48,974 bases of DNA, from NCBI GenBank assembly GCA_046593815.1, contig JBKJQV010000347.1, positions 1-48,974 of the forward strand. The letters are read 5' to 3'. The position numbers and the translations under genes are program-made. Positions 1-7,044 of the stretch are shown here, piece after piece. This stretch comes from Sediminibacterium sp. (GTDB lineage: Bacteria > Bacteroidota > Bacteroidia > Chitinophagales > Chitinophagaceae). Within the stretch, counting starts at the first letter, position 1. Each line of letters begins with the position of its first letter. The notes under the pieces are model-generated. The model was not told the origin of the DNA. It saw nothing but the letters and a program-made list of their open reading frames with translations, and searched no databases.

Positions 1-200
1 GGAAAAACAAAAGTGTTTTGTTTGTATTTTCCACCTGCTTTGCTTAAAGCTGACTTGACTTGTGGATAATCACTAGAAATGTGCATGGTTCACGGAAACG
101 TTGTTTATTTACCGGAACAGCAATTAAGTAATTATCCACAAGTCAAGTCAGCTTTAAGCAAAGCAGGTGGAAAATACAAACAAAACACTTTTGTTTTTCC
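1..200. repeat. Perfect 70-bp inverted duplication (1-70 is the reverse complement of 131-200)
   Basis: Checked block by block: ggaaaaacaa...tgtggataat is the exact reverse complement of attatccaca...ttgtttttcc. It lies at the window start and is probably a fold-back artefact. Confidence 0.95.
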
Positions 201-783
201 TAATGACGCTAAGCCATATATGGACTTGCTCATAGGTGGCAAAAAGGTAAATATTCAAAAAGAGTTTCAATTTTTTGCAACTCCAAAGGCATTAGCGAGC
301 AAATTAGCCAGGATGGCATTCATAGAGTCTGGTCAGGTAGTATTGGAGCCTTCAGCAGGACAAGGCGCTATTGTGCAAGCAGTCAATGAGCTTGTATCAA
401 ATGTAAAAATAGATGTTTGCGAATTAATGGAATTGAATCAAAAAGTTTTGAGAGACACTACCAACACCAGTTTTATTTGCTCGGACTTTTTAGAAATACC
501 CGATGGATACAAAAATCATTATGATGTGATAATTGCCAATCCTCCTTTCACAGGAAATCAAGACATCATACATATTGAAAAAATGCATGAATGTTTGAAA
601 AAAAGTGGGCGGTTAGTAACTATTGCATCAAATAGCTGGAGAACTGGAAGCCAAAAAAAACAAGTAGCTTTTCGTGAATGGTTGGATGAAATCGGAGCAG
701 ATATAGAAGACATTTCGGCAGGAGAATTTAAAGAAAGCGGAACAATGGTTGGTGCTTGCATTGTCTCACTTTGGAAGATATAA
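79..783 (+). CDS. N6-adenine-type DNA methyltransferase (true N-terminus probably lost to the fold-back)
   Basis: SAM-binding motif VLEPSAGQGAI and catalytic motif IIANPPF; C-terminal FKESGT motif seen in phage methyltransferases. Confidence 0.85.
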   Translation: MCMVHGNVVYLPEQQLSNYPQVKSALSKAGGKYKQNTFVFPNDAKPYMDLLIGGKKVNIQKEFQFFATPKALASKLARMAFIESGQVVLEPSAGQGAIVQAVNELVSNVKIDVCELMELNQKVLRDTTNTSFICSDFLEIPDGYKNHYDVIIANPPFTGNQDIIHIEKMHECLKKSGRLVTIASNSWRTGSQKKQVAFREWLDEIGADIEDISAGEFKESGTMVGACIVSLWKI

Positions 784-1019
784 TAAATAAATTAAACGGG
801 GGTGGTGCGTGGTAACTATTGGTCAAAGCGCATCGCCATTTTAAAAGAAGATTAAATAAAAAATCAACATAAAATGGCTTATAAGAAAGTGAATTTATGC
901 CCCGCAATATATTGAAAGTGTTTCTGAAAGTGATTTTGAAAATATACAAAAGCTATTACAACCACATTTAGATAAACTAGCAAAGATTTGGCTTCCTTTT
1001 ACGGTTTCTGAATAATTAC

Positions 1020-1151
1020 TGCTAACAGATTGTGGCTTTATTTCAGTTGCGAATTTCGTAACTGTATATTTTCCGCCGCCACTAAACGTAATGCGAAAGG
1101 TGAACGTAATTTTACCACTAAACTCGCAATTGGATAAAACCGCTGTTAGTG
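1020..1151 (+). repeat. attC-like site 1
   Basis: TGCTAAC ... GGCTTTATTTCAGTTGCGA / TCGCAATTGGATAAAACC stem ... GTTAGTG. Confidence 0.75.
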
Positions 1152-1185
1152 GCTGGGCGGATTATAACCACTAAATATAAATAGA

Positions 1186-1431
1186 ATGACAGCAAAAGAA
1201 TGGCTTGATGTAATGAAACAGGCAGCAGATTATAACCCTGTAATGACAGCATTGATTGAGAAGTATGGCGATATGTTATTAGAAGAACAGAACTTAGCAA
1301 TTAAAAATTTCCGTGTAGCTGGTGTTACCAGCATGTCTTCGCTTATGCACCACTGCGGTAATGAATTAACCGAAAAGGAGGTTTTTCACGACCACTGCCT
1401 AAAATGTAGTGAATACATAAGCGAAGATTGA
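1186..1431 (+). CDS. Hypothetical cassette protein with C-terminal Zn-ribbon-like motif
   Basis: 81-aa ORF with HHCG...CLKC; stop codon abuts attC-like site 2. Confidence 0.6.
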   Translation: MTAKEWLDVMKQAADYNPVMTALIEKYGDMLLEEQNLAIKNFRVAGVTSMSSLMHHCGNELTEKEVFHDHCLKCSEYISED

Positions 1432-1562
1432 TGCTAACGGATGGTGCTTTGCGAGGTTGTGAACTTCGTAACTACAATTATTCAACTTAAAATAAATATA
1501 AATGCGAAACGAAAATATGATTGAATCACAGGATTCACAATCTTGCAAAACACGTGTTACAG
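1432..1562 (+). repeat. attC-like site 2
   Basis: TGCTAAC ... GTGCTTTGCGAGGTTGTGAA / TTCACAATCTTGCAAAACAC ... GTTACAG. Confidence 0.8.
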
Positions 1563-3340
1563 GCATTACGGGTTTGAATGTACTATCTCTTTTTGACGGT
1601 ATGAGTTGCGGACAAATTGCACTCCAAAAAGCAGGGATAAAAGTAAATCAGTATTACGCTGCCGAAATAGATAAACACGCTATGAAAGTAACGCAACACA
1701 ATTTCCCAAACACTATTCAGTTGGGAGATGTAACCAAAGTAAAAGTAAAAAAACTTTACTTATCGGAGGTTTATTCGTATATTTGTAATTATGATAATAA
1801 TTTACAAAGCAAAATTTCCGAATGGGAAATGTTATATTGGATTGACAAGAAATTCACTATGTCAACGAAAATCGGAACACAAAAGCCGAATGAAGGACAA
1901 AAAGTACAACAATTTACTGTTTTACAATGCATTGAGGAAATACTCTTTTCAAGCAATACTTTGGGAAGTATTGGCAAAAATGGAAACGATAGAAGAAGCC
2001 GAAAAGATGGAAATAAGGATGATTTTAGAAAATCCTTCAAACTACAACGTAGCTGCTGGTGGTATGACTATGAGTTTTACCCCAGAAATTTGCAAGAAAA
2101 TATCGGAAAGTCAAAGAGGGGTACAGAAAACGGAAATTCAAAAAAAGAGAATATCGGAAACATTAAAGAAGAGGTTTTCAAACAAAAACGAGAGGTATTT
2201 GATTTCGGAAAGAACCAAAAAAGCGATGTGGAAGCCAGAGGTGAGGGAAAATTATTTGAAAGGTCGGGAGAAAATAAATTACAAAGAGAGGTCAAAGAAA
2301 AAGAGGGAAACGGAGGAAGTGAAGAGATTGATTCTATTAAAGAAATTATCCGAGAATTACAAGCATGGGATGAAACTAACGGAATTGAAAGTGATTACTG
2401 GAATATCCTACGACTTCATAAGGAGGAACAAGTTACGGTGGTTGAGCATGAATATGGATTTCAAATCTTTAAAGGAAGTATAAATCTTTGTATTGGCGGC
2501 AGCCCCTGCCAAGGGTTTAGTTTTGCAGGTAAACAATTGAATTTTGACGACCCAAGAAGTAAATTATTTTTTGAATTTGTAAGACTATTGGACGAAACGA
2601 AACCAAAATACTTTTTACTTGAAAACGTGCTTATGAAAAAAGATTACGAGCAAATAATTACAGAACATTTAGGAGTTGAACCAATATTTATAAACAGTTC
2701 TTTAGTTTCTGCTCAAAACAGAAAACGCCTTTACTGGACGAACATACCAAACGTAAGCGAGCCAAAAGACAAAGGAATAACCTGGGGTGATGTACGAGAA
2801 CGAGGTGTAAATACTGAAAGCTATTACTACACAGAAAAAGCAATGCAATGGCTGGCAAGAGTGAGCCAAAAGAAGAATAAAACTTTAACGGTTCATTCTG
2901 ATAATGACAAAATGCAAATGCTTGAAGCAAGTCATCATAAAAAATATAGCAATCAAAGATTTTTTGGAATAGTAGATTTACCTGAAAACGAACAAGCTAT
3001 TGCAGCGATGAGAGGCAGGTATTTAATTGACGGTAAAAGACAAGACGGTAAACAAAAAACAGAAGGATTGACAAAGCAATACATTGAATTTAGGTACGAT
3101 GGTAAAACAAATGCACTAGCTACTGTTGGAAAAGATAATGTAGTAGTTCCTTTTACTTTACCAAATAGAATACCTGCTGATGAATTTTTCTTTAGGTACA
3201 TAACTCCTTTAGAATGCGAAAGATTGCAAACTGTACCCGATAATTATTCTGCTATTGTAAGCAATTCTCAAAGGTATAAAATGTTAGGCAACGGATGGAC
3301 AGTTGATGTAATAGCTTACATCTTCGGAGGACTTTCGTAG
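1502..3340 (+). CDS. C5-cytosine DNA methyltransferase with a ~246-aa in-frame insertion
   Basis: Motif I LSLFDGMSCG, motif IV GGSPCQGFS, motif VI LLENV, motif VIII QNRKRLYW, and motifs IX-X ECERLQT...LGNGW; insertion lies between GDVTKV and INLCIGGSPC. Confidence 0.92.
   Translation: MRNENMIESQDSQSCKTRVTGITGLNVLSLFDGMSCGQIALQKAGIKVNQYYAAEIDKHAMKVTQHNFPNTIQLGDVTKVKVKKLYLSEVYSYICNYDNNLQSKISEWEMLYWIDKKFTMSTKIGTQKPNEGQKVQQFTVLQCIEEILFSSNTLGSIGKNGNDRRSRKDGNKDDFRKSFKLQRSCWWYDYEFYPRNLQENIGKSKRGTENGNSKKENIGNIKEEVFKQKREVFDFGKNQKSDVEARGEGKLFERSGENKLQREVKEKEGNGGSEEIDSIKEIIRELQAWDETNGIESDYWNILRLHKEEQVTVVEHEYGFQIFKGSINLCIGGSPCQGFSFAGKQLNFDDPRSKLFFEFVRLLDETKPKYFLLENVLMKKDYEQIITEHLGVEPIFINSSLVSAQNRKRLYWTNIPNVSEPKDKGITWGDVRERGVNTESYYYTEKAMQWLARVSQKKNKTLTVHSDNDKMQMLEASHHKKYSNQRFFGIVDLPENEQAIAAMRGRYLIDGKRQDGKQKTEGLTKQYIEFRYDGKTNALATVGKDNVVVPFTLPNRIPADEFFFRYITPLECERLQTVPDNYSAIVSNSQRYKMLGNGWTVDVIAYIFGGLS
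1755..1785 (+). promoter_or_regulatory. Bacteroidota sigma-A-type promoter for the nested GIY-YIG gene
   Basis: -7 box TATATTTG at 1778-1785, 5 nt before ATG 1791; TTTA about 19 nt upstream. Confidence 0.65.
1791..2483 (+). CDS. GIY-YIG homing endonuclease with NUMOD3-like repeats, nested in the +1 frame of the methyltransferase
   Basis: IIYKAKFPNGKCYIGLT, conserved R..EH, E and YN residues; NUMOD3-like FTPEICKKISESQRG and KTEIQKKRISETLK. Confidence 0.9.
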   Translation: MIIIYKAKFPNGKCYIGLTRNSLCQRKSEHKSRMKDKKYNNLLFYNALRKYSFQAILWEVLAKMETIEEAEKMEIRMILENPSNYNVAAGGMTMSFTPEICKKISESQRGVQKTEIQKKRISETLKKRFSNKNERYLISERTKKAMWKPEVRENYLKGREKINYKERSKKKRETEEVKRLILLKKLSENYKHGMKLTELKVITGISYDFIRRNKLRWLSMNMDFKSLKEV

Positions 3341-3343
3341 TAT

Positions 3344-3470
3344 TGCCTGTAACGTTTGCGGCTTGGCGATGTTGCCGCTTCCGCAGCCAAATTGAAAAAC
3401 AAAAGTTGATATTATGAATAAAAGTCTAATAGATATTCACGGCAATATTGCCAAACCGTTTGTTACCTGC
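3344..3470 (+). repeat. attC-like site 3
   Basis: TGCCTGTAAC (exact complement of cassette start GTTACAGGCA at 1556) ... CGGCTTGGCGATGTTGCCG / CGGCAATATTGCCAAACCG ... GTTACCTGC. Confidence 0.85.
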
Positions 3471-3506
3471 TGGGCGGTCAATCAGTAGGAACTAAAAACT
3501 AATAAA

Positions 3507-3725
3507 ATGAAAAGATTTATTTTGGTAGAAGTCCCAACAGAAGCAACAGAAGTTTTTATAAATAATGTTGGATGTCTTAGATATTCGCATAATAAAGGCA
3601 GAGAATCAACAGCTATTGAACCAACTCAAATAGGGCATTATTTAGAAAAAGACAAACATAGGATAGTTGGTGAATCGTTAAGCGAAAACAAAAGACGGAT
3701 TGTCATTGAAATGGATGAATGGTAG
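3507..3725 (+). CDS. Hypothetical cassette protein
   Basis: 72-aa ORF with A-rich leader that fills the interval between sites 3 and 4. Confidence 0.7.
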   Translation: MKRFILVEVPTEATEVFINNVGCLRYSHNKGRESTAIEPTQIGHYLEKDKHRIVGESLSENKRRIVIEMDEW

Positions 3726-3729
3726 CCTT

Positions 3730-3867
3730 GCAGGTAACGTTTGCAGCTTTGCGAAGGCAGGGCAATTGAAATACAAATGTTCAAACACTTGATGAAGATA
3801 AATTATTAAATAACTGCTCGGATTAAGAACGTCAGCCCTGCTTTTGCAAAACTGTTTGTTAGCTGCC
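3730..3867 (+). repeat. attC-like site 4
   Basis: GCAGGTAAC (exact complement of GTTACCTGC at 3462) ... CAGCTTTGCGAAGGCAGGGC / GCCCTGCTTTTGCAAAACTG ... GTTAGCTGCC. Confidence 0.85.
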
Positions 3868-3899
3868 GTTTTTTGTCAGAGTGCAAAAACAAAAAATAA

Positions 3900-4169
3900 T
3901 TGAAAACAATTGATGAAATAGCTGATAATAATATATCAGGATGGGAAGACTTCACTTCTGGCTTTTCTTCTGATATAAAAGATGCTATGAAAGAGTATGC
4001 AGAAGAGTATCATTTATCTCAATTACAAAAAAAATATAAACCACCTTTTTGTAAAGGGTGTAAGTATTGGACTGTAATAGATGCTTTAGGTGGAGATTAT
4101 TGTAGGGTTTTAGAAAAATCAGTAGCATCGCCAAAAATTGATTATAAACACATAGACTGTCCGCTATGA
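3900..4169 (+). CDS. Hypothetical protein with CxxC...C...CP motif
   Basis: TTG start after an A-rich leader; ATGA overlap with the next gene. Confidence 0.6.
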   Translation: MKTIDEIADNNISGWEDFTSGFSSDIKDAMKEYAEEYHLSQLQKKYKPPFCKGCKYWTVIDALGGDYCRVLEKSVASPKIDYKHIDCPL

Positions 4170-4618
4170 TACATAATATAAAAGATAAAAACATAACACT
4201 TACACCATTGAATTTAATTAAAAATTTTGGTGTATTTGACTTAGACCCTTGTGGTTTACAATGGCATAAAACAGCAAATAAAATAATCTCTTTGCCTGAT
4301 GACGGATTAGTTGAAAATTGGGAAGGAAGAGTTTGGCTTAACCCACCATATTCAAATACAAAACCATTTATTAAAAAACTTGCAGAATACGGTAACGGAA
4401 TTGCATTAGTGTTAAACTCTACTGATACTGATTGGTTTCAAGAATATGGATTAAAAAAGGCAAACGGAATGTATTTATTGAAAGGCAGACCAAAGTTTAC
4501 AAGAATGGATATGTCCCCTGTATCAATAATGAGAGGAGTTGTTTTGTTTGCTTATGGAAAGTCAAATTGCGAAGCACTCCAAAATTGTCAATTAAATGGT
4601 TACTATGTCGGTCTTTAA
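4166..4618 (+). CDS. Phage N6-adenine DNA methyltransferase (Dam-like)
   Basis: FDLDPC, DGL..NWEGRVWLNPPYS, TDTDWFQ and LKGR.KF motifs typical of phage Dam-family methyltransferases. Confidence 0.85.
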   Translation: MIHNIKDKNITLTPLNLIKNFGVFDLDPCGLQWHKTANKIISLPDDGLVENWEGRVWLNPPYSNTKPFIKKLAEYGNGIALVLNSTDTDWFQEYGLKKANGMYLLKGRPKFTRMDMSPVSIMRGVVLFAYGKSNCEALQNCQLNGYYVGL

Positions 4619-4631
4619 AATGGCAGGTAAC
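4617..4631 (+). repeat. Orphan R''-like half-site closing the two-gene cassette
   Basis: AAAATGGCAGGTAAC matches the complement of cassette start GTTAGCTGCCGTTTT (3858) at 13/15 positions; no stem follows. Confidence 0.7.
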
Positions 4632-4831
4632 ACATATATATACGAACCTTTTTATTCATATCACCCCAAAGTGACCAGTTTATTGAGCAAAAAACTTGAC
4701 AACTACAATCTACAGCCGCAAAAAGAATACAGAAGTTAAAACTTATAAAATGATTTCTGATACAATGGGATTTATGTTTAAGTTTTTAACTGATGATGCC
4801 GAAAGATTTATGAACGATTATAAAGAATATC

Positions 4832-5047
4832 ATGGATACAAAGTTGCTAAATACACTTACGAAGAAGCTAAGTAAAATAGAAGCGGCACTGGATAAGTGC
4901 CGTACTTCTGTTTTAGAAGATGGCTGGCAGACTATGCGTTATGCCAAAAAATCCAGGAAATGGGATTACTACGCACAAGAGAAAATGAAACTTTTACAAC
5001 AAATTGAAGATTATGAAAATAGTATTGGTATCAATGAGAAAGTATAA
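4832..5047 (+). CDS. Hypothetical protein
   Basis: 71-aa helical ORF in a run of closely packed genes. Confidence 0.6.
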   Translation: MDTKLLNTLTKKLSKIEAALDKCRTSVLEDGWQTMRYAKKSRKWDYYAQEKMKLLQQIEDYENSIGINEKV

Positions 5048-5255
5048 AATGAGATTAGGTTGGAAGTATCGACTAAAGAACTTTTTCACAGTAGAAAAAT
5101 ATTGGAGCGGTAAAATAATTCAATTTAGAATCCTTTGTGAATATGGGTTTGATATTGATTTACGGCAAGGTGGATTTAAGATTACTGATTTATTAAATGA
5201 AAAAGAAAAGAAACGATTTTATTTAGGCATGTGGTTAAGAAAAAACAAAAACTAA
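5004..5255 (+). CDS. Hypothetical protein (true start probably an internal ATG)
   Basis: ORF track; overlaps the upstream gene. Confidence 0.5.
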   Translation: MKIMKIVLVSMRKYKMRLGWKYRLKNFFTVEKYWSGKIIQFRILCEYGFDIDLRQGGFKITDLLNEKEKKRFYLGMWLRKNKN

Positions 5256-5261
5256 TAATAT

Positions 5262-5462
5262 ATGAAAACAGCAATGACGCAACTAATTGAGATGCTTGAA
5301 AAGACAGTGCCGGAAATAACAAACGGTAATGCTATTGATAAAGCGTTTTGGATTGAAATGGAAAAGGAACAAATTACTGAAGCAGTAAAGATTGGTGGCA
5401 TGAGGAAGCTGGGAGATTTTAAAGCCGAAGATCATTATAACTTTACTTTTACTAATGACTGA
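5262..5462 (+). CDS. Hypothetical phage protein
   Basis: MKTAMTQLIE...EMEKEQI.EA pattern resembling small proteins of Bacteroidota phages. Confidence 0.7.
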   Translation: MKTAMTQLIEMLEKTVPEITNGNAIDKAFWIEMEKEQITEAVKIGGMRKLGDFKAEDHYNFTFTND

Positions 5463-5664
5463 TAAACGCAAAAACAACGGCGGAGCTAGGAAAGGTGCTG
5501 GCCGTAAAGCAAAAGAAAACACGGTTACAACCGGATTTCGTGTGCATGAAGAAAGTTTGAATATTATCCGGGCTGAAAATTACCCGATAAACAAAGACGT
5601 AAACTCTTTAATTAAACGGGTTGCAAAAAAGCTGAATGTCAAACGAAATGCTGAATATGATTAG
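5455..5664 (+). CDS. Small DNA-binding protein (GGARKGAGRK motif plus ribbon-helix-helix-like region)
   Basis: DKRKNNGGARKGAGRK followed by a beta-alpha-alpha-like pattern. Confidence 0.7.
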   Translation: MTDKRKNNGGARKGAGRKAKENTVTTGFRVHEESLNIIRAENYPINKDVNSLIKRVAKKLNVKRNAEYD

Positions 5665-5690
5665 GATGTGTGGCAATGGCGCAATATGAC

Positions 5691-5824
5691 ACATAACGTT
5701 GGTGCTTGCCGAAGTAGCGGAATTGGCAGCACTAAAGTTAAATTGAAAAACAAAAGCTAAACAAATTATTCATCAGCCGAACAATGAACGTCAAGCAGCT
5801 ATTTTGGCAAACACATTGTCAGGC
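5691..5824 (+). repeat. attC-like site 5 (core GTC instead of GTT)
   Basis: ACATAAC ... GTGCTTGCCGAAGTAGC / GCTATTTTGGCAAACAC ... GTCAGGC. Confidence 0.8.
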
Positions 5825-5839
5825 ATAGTACGGTAAATT

Positions 5840-6157
5840 ATGGAAGCAATAAAATTCAGATTTTGGAACACAGACTATACTCATAATCCTATGATGGAAG
5901 TCGGGACTACGGAAGATTTAAAATTTGTAGAACGGTCTATTGGCAAAGATAAAATGCTATTTACAGGGCTTTTATCAAAGAATGGGAAAGATGTTTATGT
6001 TGGCGACATTATGGATTATGGTAATAACAGGATGAAAGAAGTCATATTTGTAAATGGCGTTTTTTGTCTTAAAGGATTAGAAACAATGGCTTGGCTAATT
6101 CCTATGTGTCCGTTGATTAGTAACAAATATGAGTACCCCGAATTAGTAGGAGTGTAG
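5840..6157 (+). CDS. YopX-family phage protein (cassette-borne)
   Basis: IKFRFWN...MLFTGLLSKNGKDVYVGDI...NKYEYPELV. Confidence 0.85.
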   Translation: MEAIKFRFWNTDYTHNPMMEVGTTEDLKFVERSIGKDKMLFTGLLSKNGKDVYVGDIMDYGNNRMKEVIFVNGVFCLKGLETMAWLIPMCPLISNKYEYPELVGV

Positions 6158-6160
6158 TAT

Positions 6161-6295
6161 TGTGCCTAACGGTATCACGCTTGGCGAAGGTGGCGATTTT
6201 AACCACAAATGCTGATGCGGAGAACGAATGTTGAACATAGCACAAAACTGTCTCTGGAGTAGCGAACCGCCACTTTTGCCAAACGTCTGTCATGC
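6161..6295 (+). repeat. attC-like site 6 (core GTC instead of GTT)
   Basis: TGTGCCTAAC (near-complement of GTCAGGCATA at 5818) ... ACGCTTGGCGAAGGTGGCG / CGCCACTTTTGCCAAACGT ... GTCATGC. Confidence 0.8.
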
Positions 6296-6384
6296 TCTCG
6301 TTGCGGTTTTTACCACAAAACTTCATTCGGAGCAAGGTTTTTTGTTCTTTTTTCAGCGTAGGCAAAAAATATTTTACTTTTTTC

Positions 6385-6415
6385 TTGTGTATGTCGTATA
6401 TATGATGTATATTTG
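6385..6415 (+). promoter_or_regulatory. Bacteroidota sigma-A-type promoter
   Basis: TTG(6385)-N20-TATATTTG(6408-6415), upstream of ATG 6438. Confidence 0.75.
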
Positions 6416-6437
6416 TATCGGATTTAAAACAAAGCAA

Positions 6438-6641
6438 ATGGCAACTACAAAAACACACGAATTATCAGCTTACACAATAGCTAAAAATTGTTCAGATTTA
6501 TCAGATGTAAATGCTGGTATGGATGAATTAAAAGACTACTTCACCGCTTGTGAAAAAGCAGGTAAGAAACCAACTACAACTGCATATATAAGATTTGCAA
6601 AACTTGGAATTAAAAGAGATAAACTAAATAAAAAAAAATGA
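6438..6641 (+). CDS. Hypothetical protein (start revised to ATG 6438)
   Basis: MATTKTHELS... follows the promoter; the longer ORF from 6228 reads through site 6 and the promoter. Confidence 0.7.
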   Translation: MATTKTHELSAYTIAKNCSDLSDVNAGMDELKDYFTACEKAGKKPTTTAYIRFAKLGIKRDKLNKKK

Positions 6642-6904
6642 AACAAGACTTTAAAAAATGGATTACTCTACATAAGGGTAAGCTATTAAACGCAGAAATG
6701 ATTGAAATGATTTCTCAAAAACACGAAGATGAAATAGGTGATATGTTATACAATGAAGGGATGTGCCTTGAAAGTATGGATACAGGCAAAAATATAATTT
6801 ATGGCGGTTGTGAAAAAGATGATATGAATTGGGCTGTGCAAGATATGTGGAAAACAGAACGTGAGTTTAAAACATTGAAAGGAGCGATAAAATTTGCACA
6901 ATGA
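6638..6904 (+). CDS. Hypothetical protein
   Basis: ATGA overlap with the next gene; C-terminal FKTLKGAIKFA motif. Confidence 0.7.
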   Translation: MKQDFKKWITLHKGKLLNAEMIEMISQKHEDEIGDMLYNEGMCLESMDTGKNIIYGGCEKDDMNWAVQDMWKTEREFKTLKGAIKFAQ

Positions 6905-7044
6905 AAAAGCTAATTGATATACCCGAAAAAATAGTCAAAGACCTAAAAAAGATGGCTATTGATGCAGACAAAGACCTTAAAAACTTCATTCAAGACCATT
7001 TAGTTTTACTTGTGTGTGAGGAGAAAAAAGAACAAAAAACTTGA
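6901..7044 (+). CDS. Ribbon-helix-helix-like small regulator (47 aa; not in the ORF track)
   Basis: Own translation: MKKLIDIPEKIVKDLKKMAIDADKDLKNFIQDHLVLLVCEEKKEQKT. Confidence 0.7.
   Translation: MKKLIDIPEKIVKDLKKMAIDADKDLKNFIQDHLVLLVCEEKKEQKT

Larger units (their letters stand above)
6333..7043. repeat. ~21-bp inverted repeats bracketing a promoter plus three-gene module
   Basis: CAAGGTTTTTTGTTCTTTTTTC (6333-6354) versus GAAAAAAGAACAAAAAACTTG (7023-7043). Confidence 0.75.

Noticed and set aside
874-1014. Small gene upstream of site 1
   Set aside because: Only short broken frames are present; it may be a remnant but cannot be supported.
1742-2479. Intein or group I intron in the C5 methyltransferase
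   Set aside because: No intein terminal residues or splicing motifs in the host frame, and the nuclease ORF fills nearly the whole insertion, leaving no room for a ribozyme core.
1020-6295. CRISPR array or simple terminators
   Set aside because: The repeats are long, divergent and separated by whole genes; they lack U-tracts and show cassette-end complementarity.
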